From Patescibacteria group bacterium (GTDB lineage Bacteria > Patescibacteriota > Patescibacteriia > PEXW01), in contig JBBTRK010000016.1 of assembly GCA_038065235.1 (NCBI GenBank), positions 11,308-75,307 on the forward strand: a stretch of 64,000 nucleotides of DNA, written 5' to 3'. The translations under genes were made by a program, and so were the position numbers. Positions 9,665 through 18,473 of this stretch are shown here, one piece after another; the stretch's first letter is position 1, and every line of letters begins with the position of its first letter. Under the pieces are notes generated by a model that saw only the letters and a list, made by a program, of their open reading frames with translations, was not told where the DNA came from and did not search any database.

Positions 9665-11122
9665 ATGGTAGTGGCTGAAAATGATGAACGATTGGTTCGC
9701 TTGCAACGCCTAAAAGAGTTGCAAGGCGCTGGGGTCAATGCGTACCCAAGCACGGTAAACCGAACTCATACTGTTGAGCAGTTTCTTGCTGCGTTTGAAA
9801 ATTCAGATCTACGGGCAATCCTGGCAGGGAGAATTCGGGCCCAGCGTCGGCATGGTGGCTCAACTTTTGCAGATCTCGAGGATGGTACTGGGCGGTTGCA
9901 AATATTTTTCTCTTCGAAAGATCTTCCAGAAATGTACGAGATTCTTGTTACTCGTTTTGATATTGGCGATTTTATAGAAGTAACCGGTACCCCATTTACG
10001 ACCAAATCAGGACAGAAGAGCCTACACGTGACCGCGGTAGTTCTCCTGTGCAAGGCGCTTCGACCGCTGCCAGATAAAATTCATGGTTTAACTGATACTG
10101 AGCATCGCTACCGGCAACGAGAACTCGATCTCCTAGCGAATGCCGAATCGATGAGTGTTGCTCGTAGCCGTGCCGCTATGTTGCGCGCCCTTCGAGCAGG
10201 ATTCGAAGAAGCTGGTTTCCTGGAAGTTGAAACGCCAGTGCTGCAGGCAATTGCTGGGGGCGCAACTGCGAAACCCTTCACAACGCACCACAATGCCTTG
10301 AATCTTGACCTCTTCCTCCGTGTTGCCCCCGAACTCTACCTAAAACGTTTAATTATTGGCGGCTTTGAGCGCGTGTACGAAGTTGCACGGTGTTTCCGCA
10401 ATGAAGGCATAAGCCCGCAGCACAACCCGGAATTCACGCAAATAGAGTTCTACGCTGCGTACTGGGACTACACACAGATGATGTCATTCTGTGAACAATT
10501 ACTAGTTCAGGTCGTAGAAAAAGTTCGCGGAACACTGCAGTTTGAAGTTGATGGAAAGACCATAGACTTTTCTGCACCGTTGCCTCGCGTGCGCTACGTC
10601 GATGCAATCCGAATTGCAACAGGTCTCGATGTTCTAGAGAGTGACGTGAAGACGCTATACACCGCAGCGAAGAAGCTAGGCGCTGATGTTGCGAAGAATG
10701 ATGGGCGTGGGAAGCTTATTGATATCCTTTGGAAAACTGCGGTTCGGCCGAATGTTCACCGCCCAACGTTCATAGTTGACTACCCGGCCGAGCTTTCACC
10801 ATTGGCAAAACGTAAAGCAGACGACCCTCGCGTCGTGGAAATGTTTCAGCTCGTAATCTCCGGAGCCGAAGTCATCAAGGCCTTCACCGAACTAAATGAT
10901 CCGCTCGACCAAGCAAAAAGGTTCGCCGAGCAAGACGCCCTACGGAAAGCTGGTGACGAAGAAGCGCAGGGGACAGACCCACTGTTCGTTGAGGCTTTGG
11001 AGTACGGTATGCCGCCGACGGCTGGGGCGGGCATCGGTATCGATCGGCTCGCAGCCATACTCACTGGCAGCCACAGTTTGAAAGAAGTTATTCTGTTTCC
11101 TACACTACGACCGAAAGAGTAG
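9665..11122 (+). CDS. lysS: Lysine--tRNA ligase (class II)
   Basis: LRVAPELYLKRL, FRNEGISPQHNPEFT, YGMPPTAGAGIGIDRL. Confidence 0.98.
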   Translation: MVVAENDERLVRLQRLKELQGAGVNAYPSTVNRTHTVEQFLAAFENSDLRAILAGRIRAQRRHGGSTFADLEDGTGRLQIFFSSKDLPEMYEILVTRFDIGDFIEVTGTPFTTKSGQKSLHVTAVVLLCKALRPLPDKIHGLTDTEHRYRQRELDLLANAESMSVARSRAAMLRALRAGFEEAGFLEVETPVLQAIAGGATAKPFTTHHNALNLDLFLRVAPELYLKRLIIGGFERVYEVARCFRNEGISPQHNPEFTQIEFYAAYWDYTQMMSFCEQLLVQVVEKVRGTLQFEVDGKTIDFSAPLPRVRYVDAIRIATGLDVLESDVKTLYTAAKKLGADVAKNDGRGKLIDILWKTAVRPNVHRPTFIVDYPAELSPLAKRKADDPRVVEMFQLVISGAEVIKAFTELNDPLDQAKRFAEQDALRKAGDEEAQGTDPLFVEALEYGMPPTAGAGIGIDRLAAILTGSHSLKEVILFPTLRPKE

Positions 11123-11129
11123 CCTTACT

Positions 11130-12395
11130 ATGCTTAATATTAAGAAACTGAAAGAGAATCCAGAAGCGTTAATTAACGCTTTAGAAACTCGCGGTGTCAA
11201 AGAAGCTAAGAAGGTTGCTCATATTGCTATTGATCAGCACGAAGCATATATTCGTACACTCCAAAAAACAGAAGAGGTTAAATCAAAACTTAATAGCCTA
11301 AGCAAAAAAATTCCTACACTCCAGGGAACTGAAAAAATGGAAGCGTTGGCAGAGGCAAAAAAACTGAGCGCTGCCTCAGTAAACCAAAAGTTTGTAAATG
11401 GTATGGCTTTGTACATGCTGCCCAATATTCCAATCGACGATGTACCAGTTGGTCCTGATGCGTCAGGAAATGTTGTACTTCGCGAAGAAGGCCAGCGGAA
11501 AACATTTCTGAAGGCGCAAGACTACCTTACCATCGGTGAAGAGCTTGATATTATTGATATGCAACGTGCCGCGAAAGTATCGGGTTCACGCTTTGGGTAC
11601 TTGAAAGGTGCGGGCGCACTTTTAGAATTTGCCTTAGTGCAGTACGCAATGCAAGAGCTTACGAAAACGAACTTCACACCAGTAGTACCACCAGTGCTAG
11701 TTAACGAACCCTACATGGAAGCCATGGGATACCTAGCCCAGGGTGGAAGTGACGAGGTGTACCATTTCGACAAAGATAAGCAGTATCTAGTTGGCACTTC
11801 AGAGCAGTCAATGGGGCCGTACCACGCGGATGAAATTATTCCAGAATCTGATCTGCCAAAGAAGTATGTCGCTTTCTCGAGCTGTTTTCGACGAGAAGCT
11901 GGTAGCTACGGCAAGGATACAAAAGGCATTTTACGTGTACACCAATTCGACAAAGTGGAAATGCTCGTGGTGTGTGCGCCAAGTGATTCAGAAAAACTCC
12001 ACCAAGAGTTGCTCACGATGCAGGAAAAACTCGTGCAGGGTTTAGGCATTCCATACCGTGTTGTCCAACTGTGTACCGGCGACCTAAGCTTCCCTTCAGC
12101 AAAAACCTACGATATTGAGTGCTGGCTACCAGGGCAAAACAATGGGAAAGGTGAGTACCGTGAGACACATTCGACCTCGAACACTACCGACTACCAAGCT
12201 CGTGCGCTCAACATCCGCATGAAGGGGAAGGATGGAAAGAACGTTATAGCACATCTACTCAATGGCACTGCCTTCGCCATTGGCCGGACGATTATCGCAA
12301 TCCTAGAGAACTACCAGCAAGCTGATGGTTCCGTGCTAGTGCCGGATGTTTTGAAGCCGTTCATGCATGGTGTTGGCGTCATCCAGAAGCCCTAG
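11130..12395 (+). CDS. serS: Serine--tRNA ligase
   Basis: LVGTSEQ, CFRREAGSYGKDTKGILRVHQFDKVE, LNGTAFAIGR. Confidence 0.98.
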   Translation: MLNIKKLKENPEALINALETRGVKEAKKVAHIAIDQHEAYIRTLQKTEEVKSKLNSLSKKIPTLQGTEKMEALAEAKKLSAASVNQKFVNGMALYMLPNIPIDDVPVGPDASGNVVLREEGQRKTFLKAQDYLTIGEELDIIDMQRAAKVSGSRFGYLKGAGALLEFALVQYAMQELTKTNFTPVVPPVLVNEPYMEAMGYLAQGGSDEVYHFDKDKQYLVGTSEQSMGPYHADEIIPESDLPKKYVAFSSCFRREAGSYGKDTKGILRVHQFDKVEMLVVCAPSDSEKLHQELLTMQEKLVQGLGIPYRVVQLCTGDLSFPSAKTYDIECWLPGQNNGKGEYRETHSTSNTTDYQARALNIRMKGKDGKNVIAHLLNGTAFAIGRTIIAILENYQQADGSVLVPDVLKPFMHGVGVIQKP

Positions 12396-12397
12396 GC

Positions 12398-13540
12398 ATG
12401 CATAATGCATTGACGGAAATCCGAATTTCACGTTCGGCACTCATCCACAACGTGAAAGCCTTTCGGGGCGTCATTGGCCCAAAAGTACAACTCATGGTGG
12501 TTGTGAAGAGTAATGCCTACGGCCACGGGGTAGGGGAGTGCGCACCGATCTTCGCGAAAGCGGGTGTCGATTGGTTTGGTGTTGCTTCGCTAACCGAAGC
12601 ACTGCAGCTACGGCATATCGTGAAAACGAAGCCAATCCTCGTCCTCAGCTTCGTCGATGGTGGTACTGCAGCAATAGAGAAAGCAATCCAGCAGGGGATT
12701 CGTTTACCAGCGTACACGAAAGAGCAATTACGTCAGTACCAACGCATTGCACAGCGATTGAAGAAAAGCGCATTCATCCATTTAAAATTCGATACTGGCA
12801 CTTCACGCATTGGTTTTCTTCCAGAAGAACTCCCAATGGTAGTTTGGTATCTCCAACGTCTCACAAATGTGCAAGTCGAAGGTGTCTATAGCCACTTTTC
12901 AGAAGTTGAGTCGAATAACAAAAAATTCACATTGAAGCAGCTCGATTGTTTTACAACACTTGTGAACAATCTTGAATCGTCACTCGCCAGGCGACTCATA
13001 AAACACATCGATTGCTCCGCTGGGGTGCTATTAGAACCACAATCGCATTTCGATATGGTTCGTGTTGGTATGTCTGCGTACGGTATTCACACTGTGCAAG
13101 ATAGAAAGCTCATCAAACATACGTACCCAAAATTTTCGCTCATACCAGTACTCACATTTCATACAACAGTGATTCAAGTGAAACGTGTTACAAAAGGCGT
13201 GACGATTGGGTACAATCGAACGTTTACCTGTAAAAAACCTACGACTATTGCAGTCCTGCCCGTTGGTTATTGGGATGGTCTGGATCGAAAACTCTCCAAC
13301 ATTGGTTCTGTCATTATCAATGGGAAACACGCTCCAATACGAGGACGGGTCTGCATGAACCTGACGATGGTTGATGTCACTGGCATTGCTGCAGTCCATG
13401 TGGGTAGTCAAGTGACGTTCATTGGTTGTGCAGGACCAACTTGCCTGACTGTCGAGGCACTCGCCAAACAGATTGGTACAATATCATACGAAGTACTGAC
13501 ACGTCTCAACCCATCCATCGCTCGGTCCCTAGCCCCCTAA
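12398..13540 (+). CDS. alr: Alanine racemase
   Basis: VVKSNAYGHG PLP lysine, HLKFDTGTSRIG, GRVCMN, GTISYE. Confidence 0.97.
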   Translation: MHNALTEIRISRSALIHNVKAFRGVIGPKVQLMVVVKSNAYGHGVGECAPIFAKAGVDWFGVASLTEALQLRHIVKTKPILVLSFVDGGTAAIEKAIQQGIRLPAYTKEQLRQYQRIAQRLKKSAFIHLKFDTGTSRIGFLPEELPMVVWYLQRLTNVQVEGVYSHFSEVESNNKKFTLKQLDCFTTLVNNLESSLARRLIKHIDCSAGVLLEPQSHFDMVRVGMSAYGIHTVQDRKLIKHTYPKFSLIPVLTFHTTVIQVKRVTKGVTIGYNRTFTCKKPTTIAVLPVGYWDGLDRKLSNIGSVIINGKHAPIRGRVCMNLTMVDVTGIAAVHVGSQVTFIGCAGPTCLTVEALAKQIGTISYEVLTRLNPSIARSLAP

Positions 13541-13545
13541 CGAAC

Positions 13546-14355
13546 GTGAGTTTCCGCAAAACACACCAACAACTCCGTAACCCGCTGTTCATGGGATCCA
13601 AGCGAGACCCGTGGATGGCCAAGCACCCACGCTGGGTTGCGTGCATACTCATTCTCATCCTTACGGGCTGCCTGTACCTCGTGTATGGACTTTCCGCATG
13701 GCAGGTGACCACGTTGAAAGTTTCTGGGCAGTACACACTCCCACTTACCGAGCTCCGTGACATTACTCGAGCGCAGCAGCAATCCCGCTGGCTACTTTTC
13801 TTTCGCCAGACAAACCTCTGGGCATTCGATACGCGTGCCTACGAGCGTCGGTTGAGGGAGCGCTGGATGTTTTCAAAACTTTCGATCCGACGGTCGATAC
13901 CGAATACCCTAACCTTGAATGTCATCGAGGAACAGCCAGCGTACGTCTACCAGCTGAATGGAGCACTTATCGGAATTGATCGCAAAGGTACTGCTTCGAC
14001 GTTTCTCCCGGCTGCCCCAGCTGGTGTCCCGCAAATTATTTTTCTTGCGCCATTCGATCTCAAGCTGCAAGATGCAGCACTTTCAAATAATCAAGCATCT
14101 TTTCTTACCACCTTCATTGAGAAAATTCGTGAGCGCCAAGATGAAAAATTATTTGTGAAAAAAGTCACCGTTGCAGTTGCACCTGAAACGACATTTCGTT
14201 TGGGTATGACGGGGGATTGGGAAGTGATCGTCAATTCTGTAGCGAGTGCTGAAGAGCAAGCACAAGCACTTCTCTTAGCCTACGACCAAAAACTGCAAGG
14301 CAAGAAGCTAGAGTACGTCGATGTGAGCGTCCCTGCTCGGGTATATGTGAAATAA
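13546..14355 (+). CDS. ftsQ: FtsQ/DivIB-like cell division protein (TM plus POTRA)
   Basis: Single TM helix, LKVSG POTRA start, RSIPNTLTLNVIEE, C-terminal EYVDVSVPARVYVK; start GTG 13546 or ATG 13591. Confidence 0.7.
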   Translation: MSFRKTHQQLRNPLFMGSKRDPWMAKHPRWVACILILILTGCLYLVYGLSAWQVTTLKVSGQYTLPLTELRDITRAQQQSRWLLFFRQTNLWAFDTRAYERRLRERWMFSKLSIRRSIPNTLTLNVIEEQPAYVYQLNGALIGIDRKGTASTFLPAAPAGVPQIIFLAPFDLKLQDAALSNNQASFLTTFIEKIRERQDEKLFVKKVTVAVAPETTFRLGMTGDWEVIVNSVASAEEQAQALLLAYDQKLQGKKLEYVDVSVPARVYVK

Positions 14356-14358
14356 TTT

Positions 14359-14799
14359 ATGCTTCTCGTCGTCCATGTCATCGCTGGTGCAGTTGTCGGG
14401 GTTGCTCTGCAACATCCTGCCATTTCTGCTCCTATTGCTTTTGCGACACATATACTCCTGGATGCTGTTCCACACTGGAATTACCCAGTGCCGCAGAAAA
14501 AAACTCTCCAGAGCTTCTGGCAGAGTTTTGGGCCTGACATGGTTGCGACTGTGATAGTGAGCGTTGGGCTCATTGTGTGGTTCTGGAATGTCTGGCCATT
14601 CGTTGTTTGGGGCATTGCCTGGGCAAGTCTACCAGACTTCTTAACGCTGTACCGGAATACCAAACCTTGGTCAATTTGGTTAAAGGGGTACTACAAGCTA
14701 CATAATCACGCGCAGTGGGAAGTCGCTAGAGGCCCAGGATTGGCTATACAAGCATTTTCCGTAGCAATCCTAGTGTCGATATTGAGAATGCTTAAATAG
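14359..14799 (+). CDS. Small membrane protein, putative metal-dependent hydrolase (YdjM-like)
   Basis: Hydrophobic helices carrying H...HxxxD...PD...H motifs (HVIAG, HILLDAVPHW, LPDF, LHNH). Confidence 0.5.
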   Translation: MLLVVHVIAGAVVGVALQHPAISAPIAFATHILLDAVPHWNYPVPQKKTLQSFWQSFGPDMVATVIVSVGLIVWFWNVWPFVVWGIAWASLPDFLTLYRNTKPWSIWLKGYYKLHNHAQWEVARGPGLAIQAFSVAILVSILRMLK

Positions 14800-14898
14800 G
14801 CTAATGGAGGCTTCATAGTGATTTTTGTACCTAGGCTTCGTTTAAGGTATATTGTGCGACCCATTACGGCAGAAAGGAATATAGTTTCACATCATCCC

Positions 14899-16200
14899 CT
14901 ACGGCAAGTAGTCGAGCGGGTTCACTGGAATGCCATTGAGACGTACCTCGAAGTGTAGGTGTGCACCAGTGGTGAGACGCCCAGCACCAGGGGTGCCTGG
15001 CATACCACCAGTGAGACCAATAATCTGGCCTTTCTTCACAAAGGTATCTTCCGCAACGTTGATTTGGCTCACGTGCCCGTAGACGGTGGAGATGCTATTG
15101 GAATGCACGAGTAGGATGTAGCTATACCCCATTCCCCCATTCTTTGTTCGAGCGACGTAGCCATCGTCAGGAGCAGCAATAGCAGTCCCTTGTGCTATGG
15201 GCACATCAATTGCTGGATGCTCGAAGTATTTTCGATATGGGTACGTTGGGTCATGGAAGTACGCACTAATCCCCTTCGCGGTAGATATTGGCCAGGCAAG
15301 CTGAACGTTTCGATTCCCCGTGAAGGTCGAGAAGTCCTGATTCGTTGCTGTTGAACCACTTGGTCCCTGAAGCTTCGTTTTAACTCTTTCCTCAAGTGCG
15401 CGAATGTCACTGTCGGCCGCAAGTTGTTCTTGTTTGGATTGCTCGAGTAATTGGCTGTACTGTTGCTCACTCGATTGCGTATCAGTGAGAATGGTGCCTT
15501 TGTACTCTTTCTGCGCATCGAGTGAGTTCTTTGCAACAGTAACTTCTTGCTGAAGCCCTTCGAGCTCTCGTTTATTCTTCTCTCGGTCAGCTTTCTCACG
15601 TTCCAGGTTACTCTTCGCGTCTTGTAAATCTCCAAGTGCGGTAGCAACCCGGTCTTGCAGCGTCGCCGTCGCTCGAATATCATTCACCACTTCAGAAAAT
15701 GAATTGTGAACCACAAGGAGCTCCAACGGATCACGTTGATCATACCGATTAATCGTCCGCACGAGGTCTGCGAGGTATAAGTGCTGGGCGTCAATGTCTT
15801 TCTGCTTTTGGTCAACAGCCTGCTGGGCTGCGGCTATCTCTATACGTTTTTCTTCAATCGAATAATCGAGTGACTGCAAATCTAACTCTGCTTTCCCAAC
15901 TTGCGCATCGAGGAGTTCAAGTTCATTCTTCAAGCTGGCAGACACCTTCTGCTTCTCAGCAATAACATCCTGGTACCGCTGAAGCCGTTCCTGGAGGAGT
16001 TTTTGCTGATCCTGCTTATCCTGGAGGGCTTTATTCAGCTCATCAACAGTGGGATCGCTAGTTGTGAGTGTGGCTGGAGCAGCTATAGTCGGCGCTGTTG
16101 TTTCTTGCGCACGGAGGCTATTTGGAAATGACCAAACCACGCTCATGAGGAGCGCAAGACCAATGGTGAGTGATTTTTGACTAAAGTTTTGTTTCACCAT
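14899..16200 (-). CDS. Secreted coiled-coil plus M23 peptidase (EnvC/CwlO-like murein hydrolase)
   Basis: Signal peptide, long coiled coil, HPAIDVP (HxxxD), TVYGH, GAHLHFEVR (HxH). Confidence 0.9.
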   Translation of the reverse strand: MVKQNFSQKSLTIGLALLMSVVWSFPNSLRAQETTAPTIAAPATLTTSDPTVDELNKALQDKQDQQKLLQERLQRYQDVIAEKQKVSASLKNELELLDAQVGKAELDLQSLDYSIEEKRIEIAAAQQAVDQKQKDIDAQHLYLADLVRTINRYDQRDPLELLVVHNSFSEVVNDIRATATLQDRVATALGDLQDAKSNLEREKADREKNKRELEGLQQEVTVAKNSLDAQKEYKGTILTDTQSSEQQYSQLLEQSKQEQLAADSDIRALEERVKTKLQGPSGSTATNQDFSTFTGNRNVQLAWPISTAKGISAYFHDPTYPYRKYFEHPAIDVPIAQGTAIAAPDDGYVARTKNGGMGYSYILLVHSNSISTVYGHVSQINVAEDTFVKKGQIIGLTGGMPGTPGAGRLTTGAHLHFEVRLNGIPVNPLDYLP

Positions 16201-16209
16201 AGCGAGCTC

Positions 16210-16238
16210 ACTATAGCACGCTTCTTGCGAAAAATCAA
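16210..16238 (-). promoter_or_regulatory. sigma70 promoter of the M23 gene, very short leader
   Basis: TTGATT-17 nt-(TGc)TATAGT, 9 nt before ATG 16200. Confidence 0.65.
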
Positions 16239-16241
16239 GCT

Positions 16242-17693
16242 CTAGAGGGTTTCCAGAGACTGTTGTAGCCGCTGGAGCGCTCGTTTTTTCCCAAGAGCTA
16301 TGGCAATGTCAAAAACATCAGGGCTTGTCTTGGAGCCAGAGAGGGCTACCCGAACTGGCCATAATACTTCTTGGTTTGACCATCCCCTTTCCGAAATCCA
16401 TGAAAGCGTCGCAGTACGAATTTCATCAGCGTTGCCCCAATCCCCTTCTGCTCGGTCATGAAGCCAAAGGGTAATTGTCTTTATGACTTCTTTCGTGCGC
16501 TCGGGCGTTCCATTTTTTGGAATTAGTATTGCACTATCGTACGTAATATTTTCTTCAGTGAGAAAAGTAATTGCTGTTTGAAGATCACTCAAGCGTTCAG
16601 CGCGTTCAATAACTAAGGGTAAGTACTTTCGTGCCTCAGCATCCGAACAGCTTAGTTTTGCTGCTTGAGCAAGTACGACAGGATCGGTCGTACGCATGTG
16701 TAAGCGATTGAGGTGGATGAGCTTCTTGGTGTCGAATATGGCACCAGCTTTATTCACTTTTGAAAGGTCAAAATCGCGTTGAAGTTCCGTTAGTGATGGG
16801 TAATACTCTTGCTCAGTTTTCGGATTCCACCCTAGGAGAGCAATAAAATTCAATGTTGCCATGGGGAGATAATCAGCCAGAAAGTCGGCGGCCGCGGTTG
16901 TGCCATCTCGCTTTGAGAGTTTTTTTCGAGCGGTATTCAAAATGAGCGGAAGGTGTGCAAACGCCGGTGCTTCCCATGCGAAAGCTGTATACAGTAAGAG
17001 GTGGAGTGGCAGTGACGGTAACCACTCCTCGGCTCGGAGCACGTGCGATATTTCCATCGCATGGTCATCCACGACATTCGCCAGGTGGTAGGTGGGGAAG
17101 CCATCGGTTTTGATAAGTACTGCGTCTTCAATAGTTGCATGACGAAAAACCACCAAACCTCGAACCAGGTCGTCCACTTGCGTGCTGCCTTCTCGAGGAG
17201 TGCGGAATCGAATGACGTGAGACTCCCCTGCCGCAACACGCGTAGCAGCAGCTGTTGGTGTTATCGTTCGGCAGGTACCGTCGTACCCTGGGGGCAAATG
17301 CTGCTGCTCTTGGCTAGCACGCAATGTAACAAGACGTTCCGGGGTGCAGAAACAAAAGTACGCACTCTCCTGCTCGATGAGTTTGGCAGCTGCGTCACGG
17401 TACATTGGTAGGCGTTTGGACTGCACGTACGGTCCAAAGACTCCTCGTTCGAAGATTTGACCGTTCTCTCGCAATACACCTTCGTCAGGAGAAATGCCAT
17501 AAGCCTGGAGTGTATCGACAATATCTTCTACTCCTCCAGCAACTGAACGCTTCTGATCTGTGTCTTCTATTCGGAGAACGAATGTACCACCGAGCTTCTT
17601 TGCAAAAAGATAATCGTACAGCGCCGTACGAAGGCTACCGATGTGGAGGCGACCCGTCGGTGATGGTGCAAATCGTACGCGGACAGGGTTCAT
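16242..17693 (-). CDS. gltX: Glutamate--tRNA ligase
   Basis: RVRFAPSPTGRLHIGS, LRIEDTD, KLSKR; start at ATG 17693. Confidence 0.97.
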   Translation of the reverse strand: MNPVRVRFAPSPTGRLHIGSLRTALYDYLFAKKLGGTFVLRIEDTDQKRSVAGGVEDIVDTLQAYGISPDEGVLRENGQIFERGVFGPYVQSKRLPMYRDAAAKLIEQESAYFCFCTPERLVTLRASQEQQHLPPGYDGTCRTITPTAAATRVAAGESHVIRFRTPREGSTQVDDLVRGLVVFRHATIEDAVLIKTDGFPTYHLANVVDDHAMEISHVLRAEEWLPSLPLHLLLYTAFAWEAPAFAHLPLILNTARKKLSKRDGTTAAADFLADYLPMATLNFIALLGWNPKTEQEYYPSLTELQRDFDLSKVNKAGAIFDTKKLIHLNRLHMRTTDPVVLAQAAKLSCSDAEARKYLPLVIERAERLSDLQTAITFLTEENITYDSAILIPKNGTPERTKEVIKTITLWLHDRAEGDWGNADEIRTATLSWISERGWSNQEVLWPVRVALSGSKTSPDVFDIAIALGKKRALQRLQQSLETL

Positions 17694-18391
17694 TGGAAGA
17701 GAATAGTGTACCAGAAGCCAAATGTAGCGCGGAATACTCGTACGAAACGTCGAGGTTGCGTTACCAAGCGCCAGAGCCATTCTACGCCAAGCGCACGCAT
17801 TAGGCGAGGTGCTCTTCGACGGGCGCCTGTGAGGAAATCAATTGCTCCGCCAACACCTATAGCAACATGGACACTTGGGAACGTTGCAAGGTTTTTGGCG
17901 ATCCAGAGATCTTGCTGTGGCTGTCCGAGTACTACGAATAGGAGTGTTGGCGCGTACACTTGAATTCGTCCTTCAACCAATTCATCTTCGTACCAGACGT
18001 CAGCCGAGATGTCTGGGAACTTCTGTTGGAGTGCTTTCTGTACGTTCTCTGGGGTTGAGAGACCACCTGGCCGAAGTACTATACCAATTTTCATCTGCTG
18101 CGTTGTACAGTATGCGCACAGATCAGGCACAAGGTCTGCTCCCGGGTAACGTTCGAGGGCACCAAAGCCTCGTACCGCTAAGGCCAAGCCAATGCCATCA
18201 ACTAAACAAAGTGAGGCGCGTTCTGATATCTCGACGAGTGTTTGATTCTTTGACGCCAGAACAACATACTCTGGGTTCAGAGTTACAACCTGATGCTGGC
18301 CCGTGGACGTAAGAAAGTTCGTGAGTGTTTGAAATGCTTCAGCACGAGTGCCAAGATGCACTTTCAAGCCACGGTAGATTATTGCTTGCAT
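17690..18391 (-). CDS. WecB/TagA/CpsF family glycosyltransferase
   Basis: VVTLNPE, DGIG, LGQPQQD, GVGGAIDF, RAP...GVEWLWRL; start at ATG 18391. Confidence 0.92.
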   Translation of the reverse strand: MQAIIYRGLKVHLGTRAEAFQTLTNFLTSTGQHQVVTLNPEYVVLASKNQTLVEISERASLCLVDGIGLALAVRGFGALERYPGADLVPDLCAYCTTQQMKIGIVLRPGGLSTPENVQKALQQKFPDISADVWYEDELVEGRIQVYAPTLLFVVLGQPQQDLWIAKNLATFPSVHVAIGVGGAIDFLTGARRRAPRLMRALGVEWLWRLVTQPRRFVRVFRATFGFWYTILFQ

Positions 18392-18435
18392 ATGTGTATC
18401 ATGCGACGGATTGCCGTTAGGCGCAAGGGCGATTC

Positions 18436-18464
18436 TTGCCAGAGAGCGTATTTTCTGGTAGAGT
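18436..18464 (+). promoter_or_regulatory. sigma70 promoter, very short leader
   Basis: TTGCCA-17 nt-(TGg)TAGAGT, 9 nt before ATG 18474. Confidence 0.6.
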
Positions 18465-18473
18465 ATATGGACT

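Noticed and set aside
17630-17650. GluRS HIGS instead of HIGH
   Set aside because: The fourth position is commonly variable in GluRS.
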